The position numbers were made by a program, and so were the translations under genes. The notes beneath the pieces are model-generated. The model was not told the DNA's origin. It did not search any database and was given only the letters and a program-made list of their open reading frames with translations. 64,000 nt of DNA from Okamejei kenojei (lineage: Eukaryota), in NCBI GenBank assembly GCA_035221665.1, contig CM069139.1:75082001-75146000 (forward strand), in the 5' to 3' direction. Numbering within the stretch: the stretch's first letter is position 1; each line of letters begins with the position of its first letter. Shown piece by piece: positions 12,877 to 25,015 of the stretch.

Positions 12877-15323
12877 GGAGAGGATGTCTCCCCCCCTCCC
12901 CGATCAGGGCGGTCGGCAGATGCTGCCTTGGGAATGGCCATAAAGGCTGATCATCCCCAGTGAGATATGTGACTAACGGTAATGTAGGCCAACTGGTATA
13001 ACCAGGAGCCTGTGGCAGAGTCTAGCTTGATCTTCAGCAAATATAGACTGATGAGGCAGAGTGGGGGAAATGCATACAGCACATCCTTCTTCACTGTAGT
13101 GGGGATACATCCACCGCCACTGCCTATTGGCCTTGTTCTTATGCAACACACTTTGGTGACTGGTGACAAATTGATATCCGGTGTTCTATATTGGTCGATA
13201 AAGTCATAAAACATGATATGATTACATCTGTTCTGTGTCCGCCACCATATTAAGCCTACCTGGCAGCTGGGTAGCTGATATTCCAATATTCCTTGGAATG
13301 CAATGCACCAGTGCCAACTAAGTTAGCCAATTTATCACAGGATACAGGCTTGATTCCACCCATGTGATTAACGTATGCCACCGCTGTGGTGTTGTGATTT
13401 TAAAGTTGAACATGCAGATGATGCATATTCCCGCAATAACCCGTAACCCATAGAGTGCACCCATCAACTCCGAGTGGTTAGTACTTGACCATAGAAGAAC
13501 TGATGACTCATGCGTATTTCATCTGTCACCACAACAGTCGTGATACACCTGGGGAATTGTGGGCATAATTACTGGGGTAATGCCAAATACGGAACGTCCA
13601 CCATGTAACTCAAAAAGGCTTCCGCTGGTCTTAAGAACCAGACCCACCTACCTCTATGGCTACCGCTGGTCTTATGGTAAGCCCAAAGGCCCCTGATGTG
13701 GGTTCTTTTTCCCATCCTAGATTGGAGAGTAGGACTGGTAGGGTGCGTGGATTCCATATTTTCCCTGAGACTGGCTTAGGCCTTGGTCTGAAAACCTCGT
13801 CATACTGAACCTGCCTCGAAAGACAACTCTGGCCATAATTCTGAGCCTGCCTCGAAAGACAACTCTGGCCATATTTCCATGCCCAGCTTTCAAGCTGCCA
13901 CCAGCTTCAGTGAACCCCTTACCCCCGATGGGGGCATGGGGTGTGTCGTTGCCTACCGATGAAACTTTGCTCATCATCGGTACCTTGATTAGTCCGACAG
14001 CTTTTTGCTTCCTCATTCTGGTCTTACCTGTGGGATAAGTCTTACCTGAAGAGAGGATTCTGCGGCTGGTTTGATTTCCTGGATTTCATGCCTCCAATGT
14101 CACCCTGATAGCGCTGTTCACTGCCGGCACTTGTAGCGTGAGGGGAACTCTGGCCCCTTCCGGGTATTCTGCCAATGACTGGAGACCAACTCTTCCGGCA
14201 GCAACACCTTCGTTTGCGAGTCTTGAAGCCGTATGCATGTGCTCCAGTATGTTCCACGGACATGCTTTCAATTTTGAAGTCAGTTACACACTGACCACTC
14301 GTACTCCCCTCCACAGCGAGGGAGATTCGTAGGCAGCCCTGAAAACAGGTGCTGCTGCAGGCCCCTGAGGATACCTGTGCAGACATGGCCCCTCCTAAGG
14401 ACCTCTATCAGGATTTTTGCTCTGTCAGACAGGAACTGAACCCAAATGCTCCCCTCCTCAGAGAGGGAGACATTGTGCAGCCCTGAAACAGGTACCACTG
14501 CGCCAGGCCCTGATGAGACCCGCGCTGATAACTCCCTCCTTTGGAGTATCATTGTGGAGCAACCTCTCCATCAGGTGCTCCATGTGGGTTTAGACGTCTG
14601 CAGACGCTACCCATTGAAGGCAGGGAACCCTCCTGGCCTGATTCCCCTCGTCCACAGGCCTGACCATCTTACTTTTGGTTTTACCCCCTTTCTGGGGACC
14701 CACAGCGGTCTGGAAGCAGCTGACCACTAGATGTCGGAGGGGTCGCTCCTGGCCTGACTTCCACAGGCCTACCCGACTTGCTGTTGGTTTTACCCCCATC
14801 CGGGGAACCACAGCCAGTCTGGAAGCAGCTGACCCATGTATGTCGGGTGGGACCGTCCTGGCCTGTATTCACAGACCTTACCGGCTTGTTGTTGGTTTTA
14901 CCACCTTCCTGGGAACTGCAGCCGGTCTGGAAGTCACTGACTGTGCTGTCAGTAACTTGGGTGGCGAACCCGATGGCCGCCGGCTACCCGCACTTCTGCG
15001 GTCTCTGTAGGTGGTTCCCCCTGGTCCCGGTATCCGTGGTCCAAGACCGGGATTCCCCGCATCCATAACCGGTTTCGCGGCCCGTCCGGACTTCGCCCCG
15101 AATTGGTCCAGCAGGTATATCTCTGTACAGAGATTCCTGCAGCAAAAGAAAACACAAAATCTGGGTATAAGTTTAAAAACTTACCTTCAGGTTTAAACTT
15201 ACCGCTGGATGGAGCAACGCGCCCGCCAGTCGGCCTGGTTGCGCAATGAGGTCAACGTAAAATGACGTGCAAGCGGGCTGACGGCCTTCTTCACGTAGTC
15301 ACTCACGTGACTCTGAAGTAATA

Positions 15324-15830
15324 TTAGACAATTCAACGTTCATCCTGCTGAGTTGCACGCAACCAAGCAAATATAAAATGCTTTTCCTCCAATTTGCGTG
15401 TGGCCTCACTCTGGCAATGGAGGAGGCCAGGGGTTGAAAGGTTGTTATGGGAATGGGAAGGCAACCGGGATATCCAATAGGTCTGGACGGTAAGTTGTAA
15501 GTGTTCAGGGAAACGGTCACCCAGTCTATCTTTGTTCTCGGCGATGGACAGGAGCCCATGGAAGTTCACATGTACTTCCTCTAACCTCATTTACCGTATC
15601 GGGCGTTCCAGATGTGGGTTCCTGTACATTGGCGAAACCATACATACAGAGGTTCACATGTACATCTCCTACACAGCGCCGAGACCAAATGAAGACTCGG
15701 CGACCGTTTCGCTCAACACCTTATATTTCGCTTGGGCAGCTTACAGCCCAGCGGTATGAACGTTGTTATCTATTTTTTATAACTTATACTAACGTTCCCC
15801 TCCCCCCTTGCCCCCTTCCTCCAACCTGAG
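15324..15830. mobile_element. Penelope GIY-YIG endonuclease fragments in inverted arrangement
   Basis: Plus strand FTCTSSNLIY..CGFLYIGET (GIY-YIG); minus strand RLGDRFPEHL..RKLEEKHFIF. Confidence 0.8.
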
Positions 15831-16678
15831 TTTCATATAACATGCAGATTGATTAACAAGTACATTAATAATCGGATTTGAACATCTACTCTTTGAATTC
15901 TCATTAAATGGAACCAACATCAGTCGCTTATGATGAAAGTCAAGTGTGTTAGCAAAGAATTAGTTTTCTCTCTTGAGGTGGCAATTGTGTGTTCAGGTAC
16001 TACTGGCCGTGACCGGACATCAAATTATAAACACCGATACATGGTATACGACATCAAGGTGGCCATGATTCAGGTCTGTGCAGTAAATACTCATAGTGCC
16101 TTAATTGGGTATTAAACGTTAATCATCACTTCAAACCGTATTTTTATAAGGTAAAATGTAAAAGTCATTTAAAAGGTAAAATATCCCAAGGCGCATTTCG
16201 GGGATGTGATAATTCACGCCTACATTGTTGGAGCCTAATGAATGTTGTGAATTCCTGGATTCGGGTTTGAAATGCTCCAGCGTGTGTTCCTGAAGCACCC
16301 GCACGACATTTCATTGTTGACGGGAATGTTGAGTCCCGTGCGCTCAGCGAGATCAGCTGCTGGCCCAGGGCTCTTGTGTTATTAACAAGATTGATTGGGC
16401 ATTTTCTGGCTCGAAGGGTCCTCATCGCTATAGATGGGTAGTTATTTAAGTTCTGAGATTGGAGCGATCTCTTCGTGGTGCAGTGAAACAAATTTCGGTG
16501 GCGTTCGGGGGGATTCAGTGAGTAATCAATTTATGAAATCTGATCAATTGTAAAACGTTGGTGCCATCATCGAGGACATCAATACATCGAGGAAACCGAG
16601 TTCAAATTGAAAGGGCATTTTGAACGTTGAATCAAAGTCTATAGCCCAGATTCTGTGATAGTTACGTTCTATTAATTT

Positions 16679-16681
<3 letters not shown>

Positions 16682-16726
<45 letters not shown>
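16682..16726. repeat. (TA)n microsatellite
   Basis: Read directly from the sequence. Confidence 0.95.
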
Positions 16727-16729
<3 letters not shown>

Positions 16730-16730
<1 letters not shown>

Positions 16731-17650
16731 CATTTGGCCCTTCAAGCCCGCACCGCCATTCAATATGATCATGGCTGATCATCCAAAATCAGTACCCCGT
16801 TCCTGTTTTTCCCCAATATCCCTTGATTCCATTAGCCATAGAAGCTAAATCTAACTCTATCTTGATAACACCCAGTGAATTGGCCCCCACTGCCTTCTGT
16901 GGCATATAATTCCACAGATTCACAACTCTCTGAGTGAAATAGTCTTTCCTCATCTCAGTCCCAAATGGCCTACCCTTTATTCTTGAACTGTGACCCCTGG
17001 TTCTGGACTCTCCCAAAATCGCGAATATTTTTTCTGCATGTAGTCTGTCCAATCCCTTAAGAATGTTATGTTTCTATAAGATACCCTCTCATCCTTCTAA
17101 ATTCCAGTGAATACAAGCCCAGACGATCCATTCTTTCATACGTCATTCCCGCCATCCAGGGAATTAACATCGTGAACCTGCGCTGCACTCCCTCAACAGC
17201 AAGAATATCCTTTCTCAAATTAGGAGACCAAAACTGCACAAAATACTCCAGGTGTGGTCTCATCAAGGCCCTGTACAACTGCGGTAGGACCTCCTTGCTC
17301 CTATACTCAAACCCTCTCGTCATGAAGGCCAGCATGCTATTTGCTTTCTTCACTGCCTGCTGTACCTGCATGCTTACTTTCAGTGACTGATGTACAAGGA
17401 CACCCAGGTCTCGTTGCACCTCCCCTTTTCCTAATTGCCACAATTCAGATAATAATATGCCTTCTTGTTCTTGCCACCAAAGGGGATAACCTCACATTTA
17501 TCCACATTATACTGCATCTGCCCACTCACCCAACCTATCCAAGTCGCCCTTTCGCCTCATAGCATCCTCCTCCATTGCCACTCAGCTTTGTGTCATCCGC
17601 ACACTTGGAGATGTTACATTTAATTCCCTCGTCTAAATTGTTAATATTCC
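16730..17650 (-). mobile_element. CR1/HER1-type LINE 3' fragment
   Basis: QRDLGVLVHQSLK..KKANSMLAF..RPHLEYFVQFWSP..FTQRVVNLWN. Confidence 0.92.
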
Positions 17651-18300
17651 TGCAAGGAACCTCCCCTATTCATCCACCTCCCCTAATGGAAGGTCATTTT
17701 ACCTGCTTTCCAAAACATTGGTTACATATGGAGTCCTGTATGCACCCTGGTCGCTACACTGAAGGAAGGATGTGATTACACTGGAGAAGCTGCAGAGGGG
17801 ACTCACCAAGAGGAGGAATGAGGCATTACAGTTTTAAGAGAAGTAGTTCTTTCCCCTAACTCGGTTGAGACGGGGGAAAGATCTGTTGGATTGAAAACTA
17901 AGGGTGAGGAAGATAGTAAACTTACTTTTCCCATGGTGGGTGTGTCCCTAATAAGAGGGCGCTGGTTTAAGTAAGACGGAGGAGGTCCAGAGGTAGGGTG
18001 CGGGGTCTGGGATGAACGTATTTGAAACAGAGCATGGGTGGATTCTGAAATGCAGTTCCGGTGGATATGGTGGAGGCAGGTACACTCAGAATATTTAGGA
18101 AGCGCATAGAAAGATAACTGAGTCGCCTAGTAGGATCTGTTCTACTACTCGATGTCACCCTCTGAAATCCTCCATCAAAGAACAGATGGTACAGCACTGT
18201 ACGGGGAGGCTTTGGGGCACGGTTCTCACTCGGGTGTGCCTTTGATTGCTTAAATAGGACAGTCAAAGAAAATGGGCACGATTTTGTTTTCTCTCATTAG

Positions 18301-18695
18301 GTGGAGAGGTCACCATGACTGATAAGCCGAAAATCCTGAGGCAAATAGAAAACAATATCAGCATCAACATCCCCTTTGCCTGCAGGCACCGTGTAAAAGT
18401 CCAGGCCCTGGTATGGGGTGAAGACCACACCAGCTTTCCCACCGATTATGACTTCATACTGGGTTCAGATATTGTTTATAGCTCAGCTTGCTACCCGGCG
18501 CTTGTGGAGACATTGCGCTATCTCGCCAATCAAGGAACCACAATTTACATCTCTTCCGAATTACGACCGAGGAATCGCTCGCCTGCTTTTCACAAGGAGG
18601 TTTTACCGCAGCACTTTGAATGCCAAGTGGTTGAAACGGTGGAGGACAAGGACATTGTGTTATACAAAATGACAAAAATCTGTTCAAATCGTTAG
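18301..18695 (+). CDS. EEF1AKMT3: EEF1AKMT3-like paralog 1, exon 3
   Basis: ctctcattag acceptor; GEVTMTDK..LVWGED..YDFILGSDIVY..TIYISSELR; TAG stop. Confidence 0.92.
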
Positions 18696-19069
18696 CATGG
18701 GCTGCCAAACAAATAACGTCTGGGAGTTGGTGATCGAATACTTGGGTTCTAACCAGCCTCCGATTCATTATCTCAGTGAAAGGTGACAGAAAAAATGCTT
18801 AGCATCTCTTTGAAAATGTATATTCAGCTTTGTCCCGAGGTTGGAAAGGTTTTTAAGTTATTAATCAAGCGCCTATTTTCCCTGCGTGAGCATCCAGTGT
18901 TGCAAACCTATTTAACGGTCTCTGATTGCCTCCTTGCAGACACCGGCTGCAAGGTATTCACGCAAAGTCAGGCAATGTCTAACGGACTTGGGATTTGCCA
19001 CTATTAGCTTTAAAGTATTACAAGGCAGTATTAGCCGTAAATCCGAACACATCAAGATAAACAACCCAG

Positions 19070-19250
19070 TTTAGTTTATTCTTCAGTTTAGTTCATTGTC
19101 ACGTGTACCGAGGTACAGTGGGCAGCTTTTGTTGAGTGCTAACTAGTCAGCGGAGAGACTATACATGATTACAATCGACCTATTCGCAGTGTACAGATAC
19201 ATGATAACGGAATAACGTTTAGTGCAAGGTAAAGTCTTTAAAATCCGGTC
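19070..19250 (-). mobile_element. Rex1/Babar-like LINE 3' tail
   Basis: cactgtacctcggtacacgtgacaat..(aaact)n end on the minus strand, related to the tail near 29340-29385. Confidence 0.55.
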
Positions 19251-20584
19251 AAATATGTCATCATCCATCTCCTATTGCTAATTTCATTAACCAACTTTAT
19301 TTTTATCGTGGAATGAGGCCATCGCTAGCAACCTGAGAAAATATGATCCATTTTTAATTGCCCCTGCTGGATGGCTTCCGGAGCCTGTTCAGAAATTCCA
19401 AGGGCCTTTAGAGCGAGGCACATTTTCATAGGCATTGAGTGCTCATTTGGAATGCTAGCTTCATTTTAAACAAATCCTTTTATGTATCTTTAAAAACATA
19501 TATCGCTTCAAGATATCGCCAAAGCCGACTGGAAATGCTCCATAAAATGTAATCGCATCCCCTTTGCTTAATGTTCCAATTGTTTGCATGGTATTAGCAA
19601 GTAAAACGTTTACATTTTAACTGATCTCAAACGCAAGGTATAAAACGCACCGAGTGCGTTCTGATATTTATATCGAAGCATAATGTCGAGATTCTAGGTT
19701 CTCTGAGGGAGTTTTCAAAAAGATTCCAATTATCTTGCTTTCATTAAGTACAATTATGAAATCTATCACATACAGTTGTGTGCGCAGTTCTAAACAAAAC
19801 CATCAGCTCGCTGGAAACCGGTGACTCGATTGTTTAAGCAATTAGTTCGATAATATAAAGATTTTGAGTTAGATGGTTTTAAGCAGTGTTTAGGCTTGCA
19901 AACTTACTGCTCGCGTTTTTCTCGTTTCTTGGTGGAATTATAAGCATGAGTATTATACTTAACTAGTTGCTGAAATATGGAGCAAACTGTAAACTAAACG
20001 CAGTGCGCAATTATCTGTGCATACAGTTAATATTACAGTTTTAATAAAACTAGTGACTTAAACCGTGTCGGTTTCACTTTTTTACTCCTGACTTGGATTT
20101 CTGTTGGACAACACTAATTTGCAAGCAGAGCGAGGTTGCGACACGATCCACCGAAAACCATCAAATTTGCTGGCATGTGGGCGGAGCTGTTGGAAAGGAA
20201 AATGTCGGTGCTTCCTTTCGTAGTGTCAAATTAAAAATGGAATACTATAAGCAACCTAGGGGATGAATTGATTGGCAAGCAAGGGTATGGTAAAACAGCG
20301 TTCCATTGCATGTAACCTTGTGACAAGGGAAGAGATGATTACTTGGGCTGGTTTTATGTCAAACCATCATGCAACGGGAAAGGGCAAACGAGATTTTATT
20401 CTACGAAATTGAAAAAAGAGGGGGGTGTGAGGATGGTTCATGATGGAGGGGCAGTGCGGTGTAGGTTAGAAGACACAAATAAGGCCCATGAAAGGTAAGA
20501 TAGTAGGGCATTTGTCAAAGGGGAACATAAAACATAAAAGGGCTGTGAATGTACAAATGGTTGCAAGAGCTTCTAACAATCTTA

Positions 20585-23110
20585 TCCTAACTATAAAACT
20601 CTGATCTTGGATGTGGATGTGTGTGTGTGTATATGTTTGTGTGCGATCACATCTACTCTAAGAAACGACGCGCTAACGGTAAAGTTTTTACATATTCCAG
20701 TAGAGATTTACCGTGTTAAATCACAAATCGCCTTATCGCCTTAAAATGTTCACAAATCTCAAATAACTTAGAAAATAAACGAGATGGTCTCGCTGATGAC
20801 TGCCTGTCTCTGCTCGCGCTGTGATGTCACCCCTGTTCTGTCTTCTGTACTTCTTGGCTTCTTAACTTTCACTTCTTTAAATGTGTCACTTAGCGTTTTT
20901 AAACCGCTGCTCAGGTCTTGCTGTGCCCTCCTTGAAGTTCTAGAACATGGCGCAGGTGAGGGTGCGGGGAAGCGTGATGGGAAGGTGCCCCTGGTGGCCA
21001 TTACTCCCTCTGGGAGAGGCCGTCTATGGAGACTTGTGATTCTTCAGTCGATCGCAGGGACTCGGGGAATCGTGATGCCTTTTCCTCACTGATGATCCCG
21101 ATCCCACCTGGTGATCTCTGGCCGTCACGGGGGATGACCTCCTCTCTGTCTCCATGCCAGATTGTCTGCCACGCAGGTGGGTGGGCTTCCCCTCGCGGAA
21201 GCCACTATCGGCCGGCACTCCACTGCTTTTGACCGTCTGCCCGCTCGCATCAGCAGGGTTGGCCACTCACAGCAGCAGGGACACTTTCTCTCTCTCCCCC
21301 TTGACTCGGCCCGGGGCTCCCCCCCTCTCTCTCTGCCCCTCGGCTCAGCCCGGGCCTCCCCCTCTCTCCCCATCTCTGCCCCCTCTCTCTTCCCCTCTCT
21401 CTCCCCACTCTCTCTCCCTCCCTCACCTCCCTCCTCTCCCCGCCCCTCTCTCCCCCCCTGGTCTCGGCCCGGTACTCCAGCCCCCTCTCACTCCCCTCCC
21501 CCTCCCCCTCCCACTCTCTCTCTCCCTCTCATCTCTCTTCCTTCCCCCTCTCCCCCCTCACCCCCCCTCCTACCCTCCCCCACCCTGCCTCCCCTCCACC
21601 CCCTCTCCCCCTCTCCCTCTCCCCTCCCCCTCCCCTTTCTCCACCCCCTCTCCCCCTCTCTCCCCTCTCTTTCCCCTCTCTTCCCTCCCTCTTCCCCTTC
21701 TCTCCTCCCCTCTCTCACTCCTTCCCCCTCCTTCTGTCTCTGCCCCTCTCTATTTGTCTCTGCCACCTCTCTCTCTGCCCTCACTCTCTACCCCCCCCTC
21801 CCTCTCTAGATGCGCCTGCAAGTTGGGGGCTACGCATCAGTGGATAGGGTGGGTATGGGGTATAAGGAGTCAATAAATAATATTAATATAATATTAAGGG
21901 GGGTAGTTAGTGTGTGTGGAGCGTAGTTACTGTGTGTGTGTGTGTATGTGGTGGTTAGTGTGTCCCCACCGTTGAGGAGACAGGACCCAACGGGTCCCAC
22001 TTGCAACGATTAAAAGTCTGATCTTGGATGTGTGTGTGTGTGTAATCATACTGCTCAAAAAAAGACGCTCTGACGGTAAAATGTTTACATATTCCTGTAG
22101 AGTTTTATCCCGTAGAGTCAAAAATCGGCTTACCTGAAAATGTCCAGCTTTGTTTCTTGAGTTCTTTATAAAATTGTTCAAAAATCTCAAATATCTTAAG
22201 CCGATGATGTCACAATGGGTCTGCTCACGCCGCCTGCTGCGTACTGCTTTCCACGCGCTGCGAGTTACATCACCCCCCCCCCCTCTTGACTCGCAGTCAT
22301 TTGGTCGCCGCCCGCTCGCAATCGACTTGCACTCGGCCGGCCGTCTGCCCACGCCGACAGCACAGCCGCCCGCCCCCCCGGGCTCTGGATTGAAGCCGCT
22401 GAACACGCAGTAATTTGGGTGACACGCGCACCGCTACCCGCTTCCTGCTCCTCGCTCCCCGCTCCCCGCTCCCGTCCTCCACTCCCCGCTCGCTTATCGT
22501 GGCCTGCTCACTTTTCAGACTTCGTCACGCTGGGCATCACGAGTTTCCATGAGCTGGTGGAGAAGATCACCTCCGAGAGGGCTGTGAGGGTGAGATAATG
22601 CAATGGCGGCTGCGGAGATGGAGGAGACGGATAATCACAGACATTCACCCGGGGGGACGGGTAGACGGGACCGCCGGTGCCGCAGAGGGCGGGCGGGGTA
22701 GAGGGGTGAGTGAGGGAGAGAGAGGCGGGGCCAGGGCCTCTACTGACCACCCCCGACCCCCCTGGAGATGGTAGATAAATTACTGTGAGGAGGGGAGAGA
22801 GGAGATTTGAATGAGGCCGGAGGAGGCACAGTGCAGGAATGGGGCACCGCCCCGGTTGAGTGACAGGAGCGGAGTCCAATCTGCGCAGTGCTGACAGACC
22901 AATCTGCGCATGCGCGGTTTTTTAAAGATCTTTAAACCTTAATAACTTTTGTATTATACCACCGATCGGAACAAAACGTGTTGCACTTGCAGCACAGGAG
23001 AATGGCGAGCAAGGTGGCGAAAAAACATAGTGCTATCAGCTACCTTTTTTACGCAAATGTAAAAACAACGCAAACCGGAAGAGCTCAAGATCAGAGTGTC
23101 TTTGTGCATA
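20585..23110. mobile_element. Cluster of non-autonomous Helitron-like DNA elements
   Basis: Shared end motif (a/g)tctgatcttg at about 20598 (+), 22016 (+) and 23095 (-); perfect hairpin GGACCC-AAC-GGGTCC at about 21983-21997; internal low-complexity tract. Confidence 0.5.
21285..21810. repeat. Polypyrimidine (CT-rich) low-complexity tract
   Basis: About 500 nt of nearly pure C and T. Confidence 0.9.
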
Positions 23111-23122
23111 GATAGAAGATAC

Positions 23123-23183
<61 letters not shown>
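23108..23183. repeat. (GATA)n microsatellite
   Basis: Read directly from the sequence. Confidence 0.95.
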
Positions 23184-23184
<1 letters not shown>

Positions 23185-23189
23185 CAGAT

Positions 23190-24740
23190 GCAGAGGGAGA
23201 AGAAGTCCAAGATGAAGAATAAACACTTCCAAGTGAATCACCCGCAAGTGGATGGGCCCATGCTCACACCTGAGCCCACCCAAGGGTGCCTGTTGGCCCC
23301 GGAGAGGTCCAAGGGGCGCGTAGCAAGGTTCAGCAAAGAGCTGAGGTGGTTCAGAAGGGGGCAGGGGAGGTTCAGATGGGAGCTGGGGTGGCAAGAGGAT
23401 GGAAAAGAGGAAGCTGGTACTGTGGTGGCGGAGGACTCCTCCTTTATGGAGGTTACCGTATCGCCGCACATCAGTGGGACAAAAAGGTGTGGGCCCTTTC
23501 AGGGAAAGCACGGCCCTGGGCCCAAAGTTAGAGGGCAGCCTACCTCGGGACCTTCCCTCCCTGTCGATGCTGGTGGCCCAGGACTAGTGTCAAGAGGTTG
23601 ACCCTTTGTTTCAGGGGCCTTCCGAGGGTGTTACCTCACCAGTTGTTGGTGTTGGCTCCCCTGGAAATGTGTCTCCTGGGATGGAGGACGAGCAGAGACA
23701 ACCCGAAGGGGTAGTCTCGTGTGTTGGGTGGTTTGCCAGCCTGTGCTCCTCATTAGAGCGACAAGAGTAGCGGAGGGGTGCGCTGCTCCAGCGGCTGGGG
23801 AAGTAGATGAGAATCCAGAAACATCGGCTTCTTCTGTGGGCCATAGTGAGGTTACTCCCCTGGTGCTGGAGGCTGGAGACTCTCTGGGTGATGCTGTTGG
23901 AGTGGGTTCCCTGGCTGCGGAGAGGGACGGGGCTGTTTCGGGTCGTGACCCTCAATCGGATTCCGGGTTAGCCTGCATGTCGCGGGCCCTGGGTATGCCT
24001 CTTATTTTTTCTCTCCCAGGCCCAGTTGTAGGAGGTGGTGAGAGAGTGCAGGAGCCTGGCCATTCACTGGCCGGCTCATTGCTGACAGAGGTATCGAGAC
24101 CCTCCGTCGACACTGATCCCGGGGGTGGGATCATGCCAGAGGAGGGGGAGCATGAGGTAGCCACCTTATGCAGTGGAGCGAGCAAGCTGTCAGCCAGCTG
24201 CAGTCCTCCGAACTCAGACGATGACTTGAGCGTAGTGAGGGGGAAGATGTTGCTTCAGGTGTCAGTGGGTTGGCAGAATGCCCGGATTCCAGTGCTGTGT
24301 TGCGAGGGGCCGATATCTGGGAGATTCCCGAGTTTCTGAAAGTAAACAAGGGCAGAAGGAGCAAAGGCCAGTCAGCTGGCAAACAATGAAGCAACATCTC
24401 CCCCCTCATTACGCTCAAGGTCATCGTCTGCCAGCACGCTCGCTCCACTGCATAAGCTGGCTACATCAAGCTCCCCCTCCTCCGGCATGATACCACCCCT
24501 GGGATCAGTGGCGAGGGAAGGGCAGAAGGAGCTAAGTCCAGTCAGCTGGCAAACGGTGGCCGGACCTGTCGGGGTTTATCCAGACACTTGATGCTATCCT
24601 TCGCAGTAAAGATAGTGGTCTTCTTGAGTCTGAGAAGCGTCAATTCGGGGACCTTTTGAATCTCCTAAGAGAGAGGGGCCAAACTCCCACGAGGTAAAAA
24701 ACCCTATTGTGTCTTCAACATGAAGATCACAGTTGCTATG
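23190..24740 (+). mobile_element. Possible Tx1/L1-clade LINE remnant (ORF1 3' region and ORF2 start)
   Basis: GC-rich decayed coding-like sequence ending in MKITVA, which resembles a Tx1 ORF2 start. Weak. Confidence 0.3.
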
Positions 24741-24846
24741 GCGAAAGCGGGAGGGGGGGGGGGAGAGAAAAAAGAGAGAGTGAGGGAAAAGGGAGAGCGA
24801 GAGAGGGGGGAGAAAGGAGAGAGAGAAAGAGAGAACGAGAGAGAAG

Positions 24847-25015
24847 NNNNNNNNNNNNNNNNNNNNNNNNNNNNNNNNNNNNNNNNNNNNNNNNNNNNNN
24901 NNNNNNNNNNNNNNNNNNNNNNNNNNNNNNNNNNNNNNNNNNNNNNNNNNNNNNNNNNNNNNNNNNNNNNNNNNNNNNNNNNNNNNNNNNNNNNNNNNNN
25001 NNNNNNNNNNNNNNN
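24847..25015. other. Assembly gap (169 N) within a GA-rich tract
   Basis: Run of n characters. Confidence 1.

Larger units (their letters stand above)
11088..15322 (-). mobile_element. DIRS1-type tyrosine-recombinase retrotransposon, internally deleted, in intron 2 of paralog 1
   Basis: Recombinase ORF at 12277-12876; RNase H motif NTTAVAYVNHMGG near 13350-13400; YAFPP motif near 13070; inverted terminal repeats (about 11137-11175 vs 15263-15300); internal complementary region at 11293-11399. Confidence 0.9.

Noticed and set aside
12951-13286. YAFPP methyltransferase-like motif inside a methyltransferase gene intron
   Set aside because: It is the usual DIRS1 adenine-methyltransferase-like domain, unrelated to the METTL21 host genes.
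14620-14945. Regularly spaced repeats as a possible CRISPR array
   Set aside because: Whole units are homologous with no unique spacers, there are no cas genes, and the context is eukaryotic.
18315-18695. Treating the exon 3 ORFs as standalone single-exon genes
   Set aside because: They lack the GxGxG motif, which is in exon 2, and are preceded by good splice acceptors.
21154-21876. 240-aa Pro/Leu/Ser-rich ORF and overlapping ORFs
   Set aside because: Artefact of a polypyrimidine tract that lacks stop codons.
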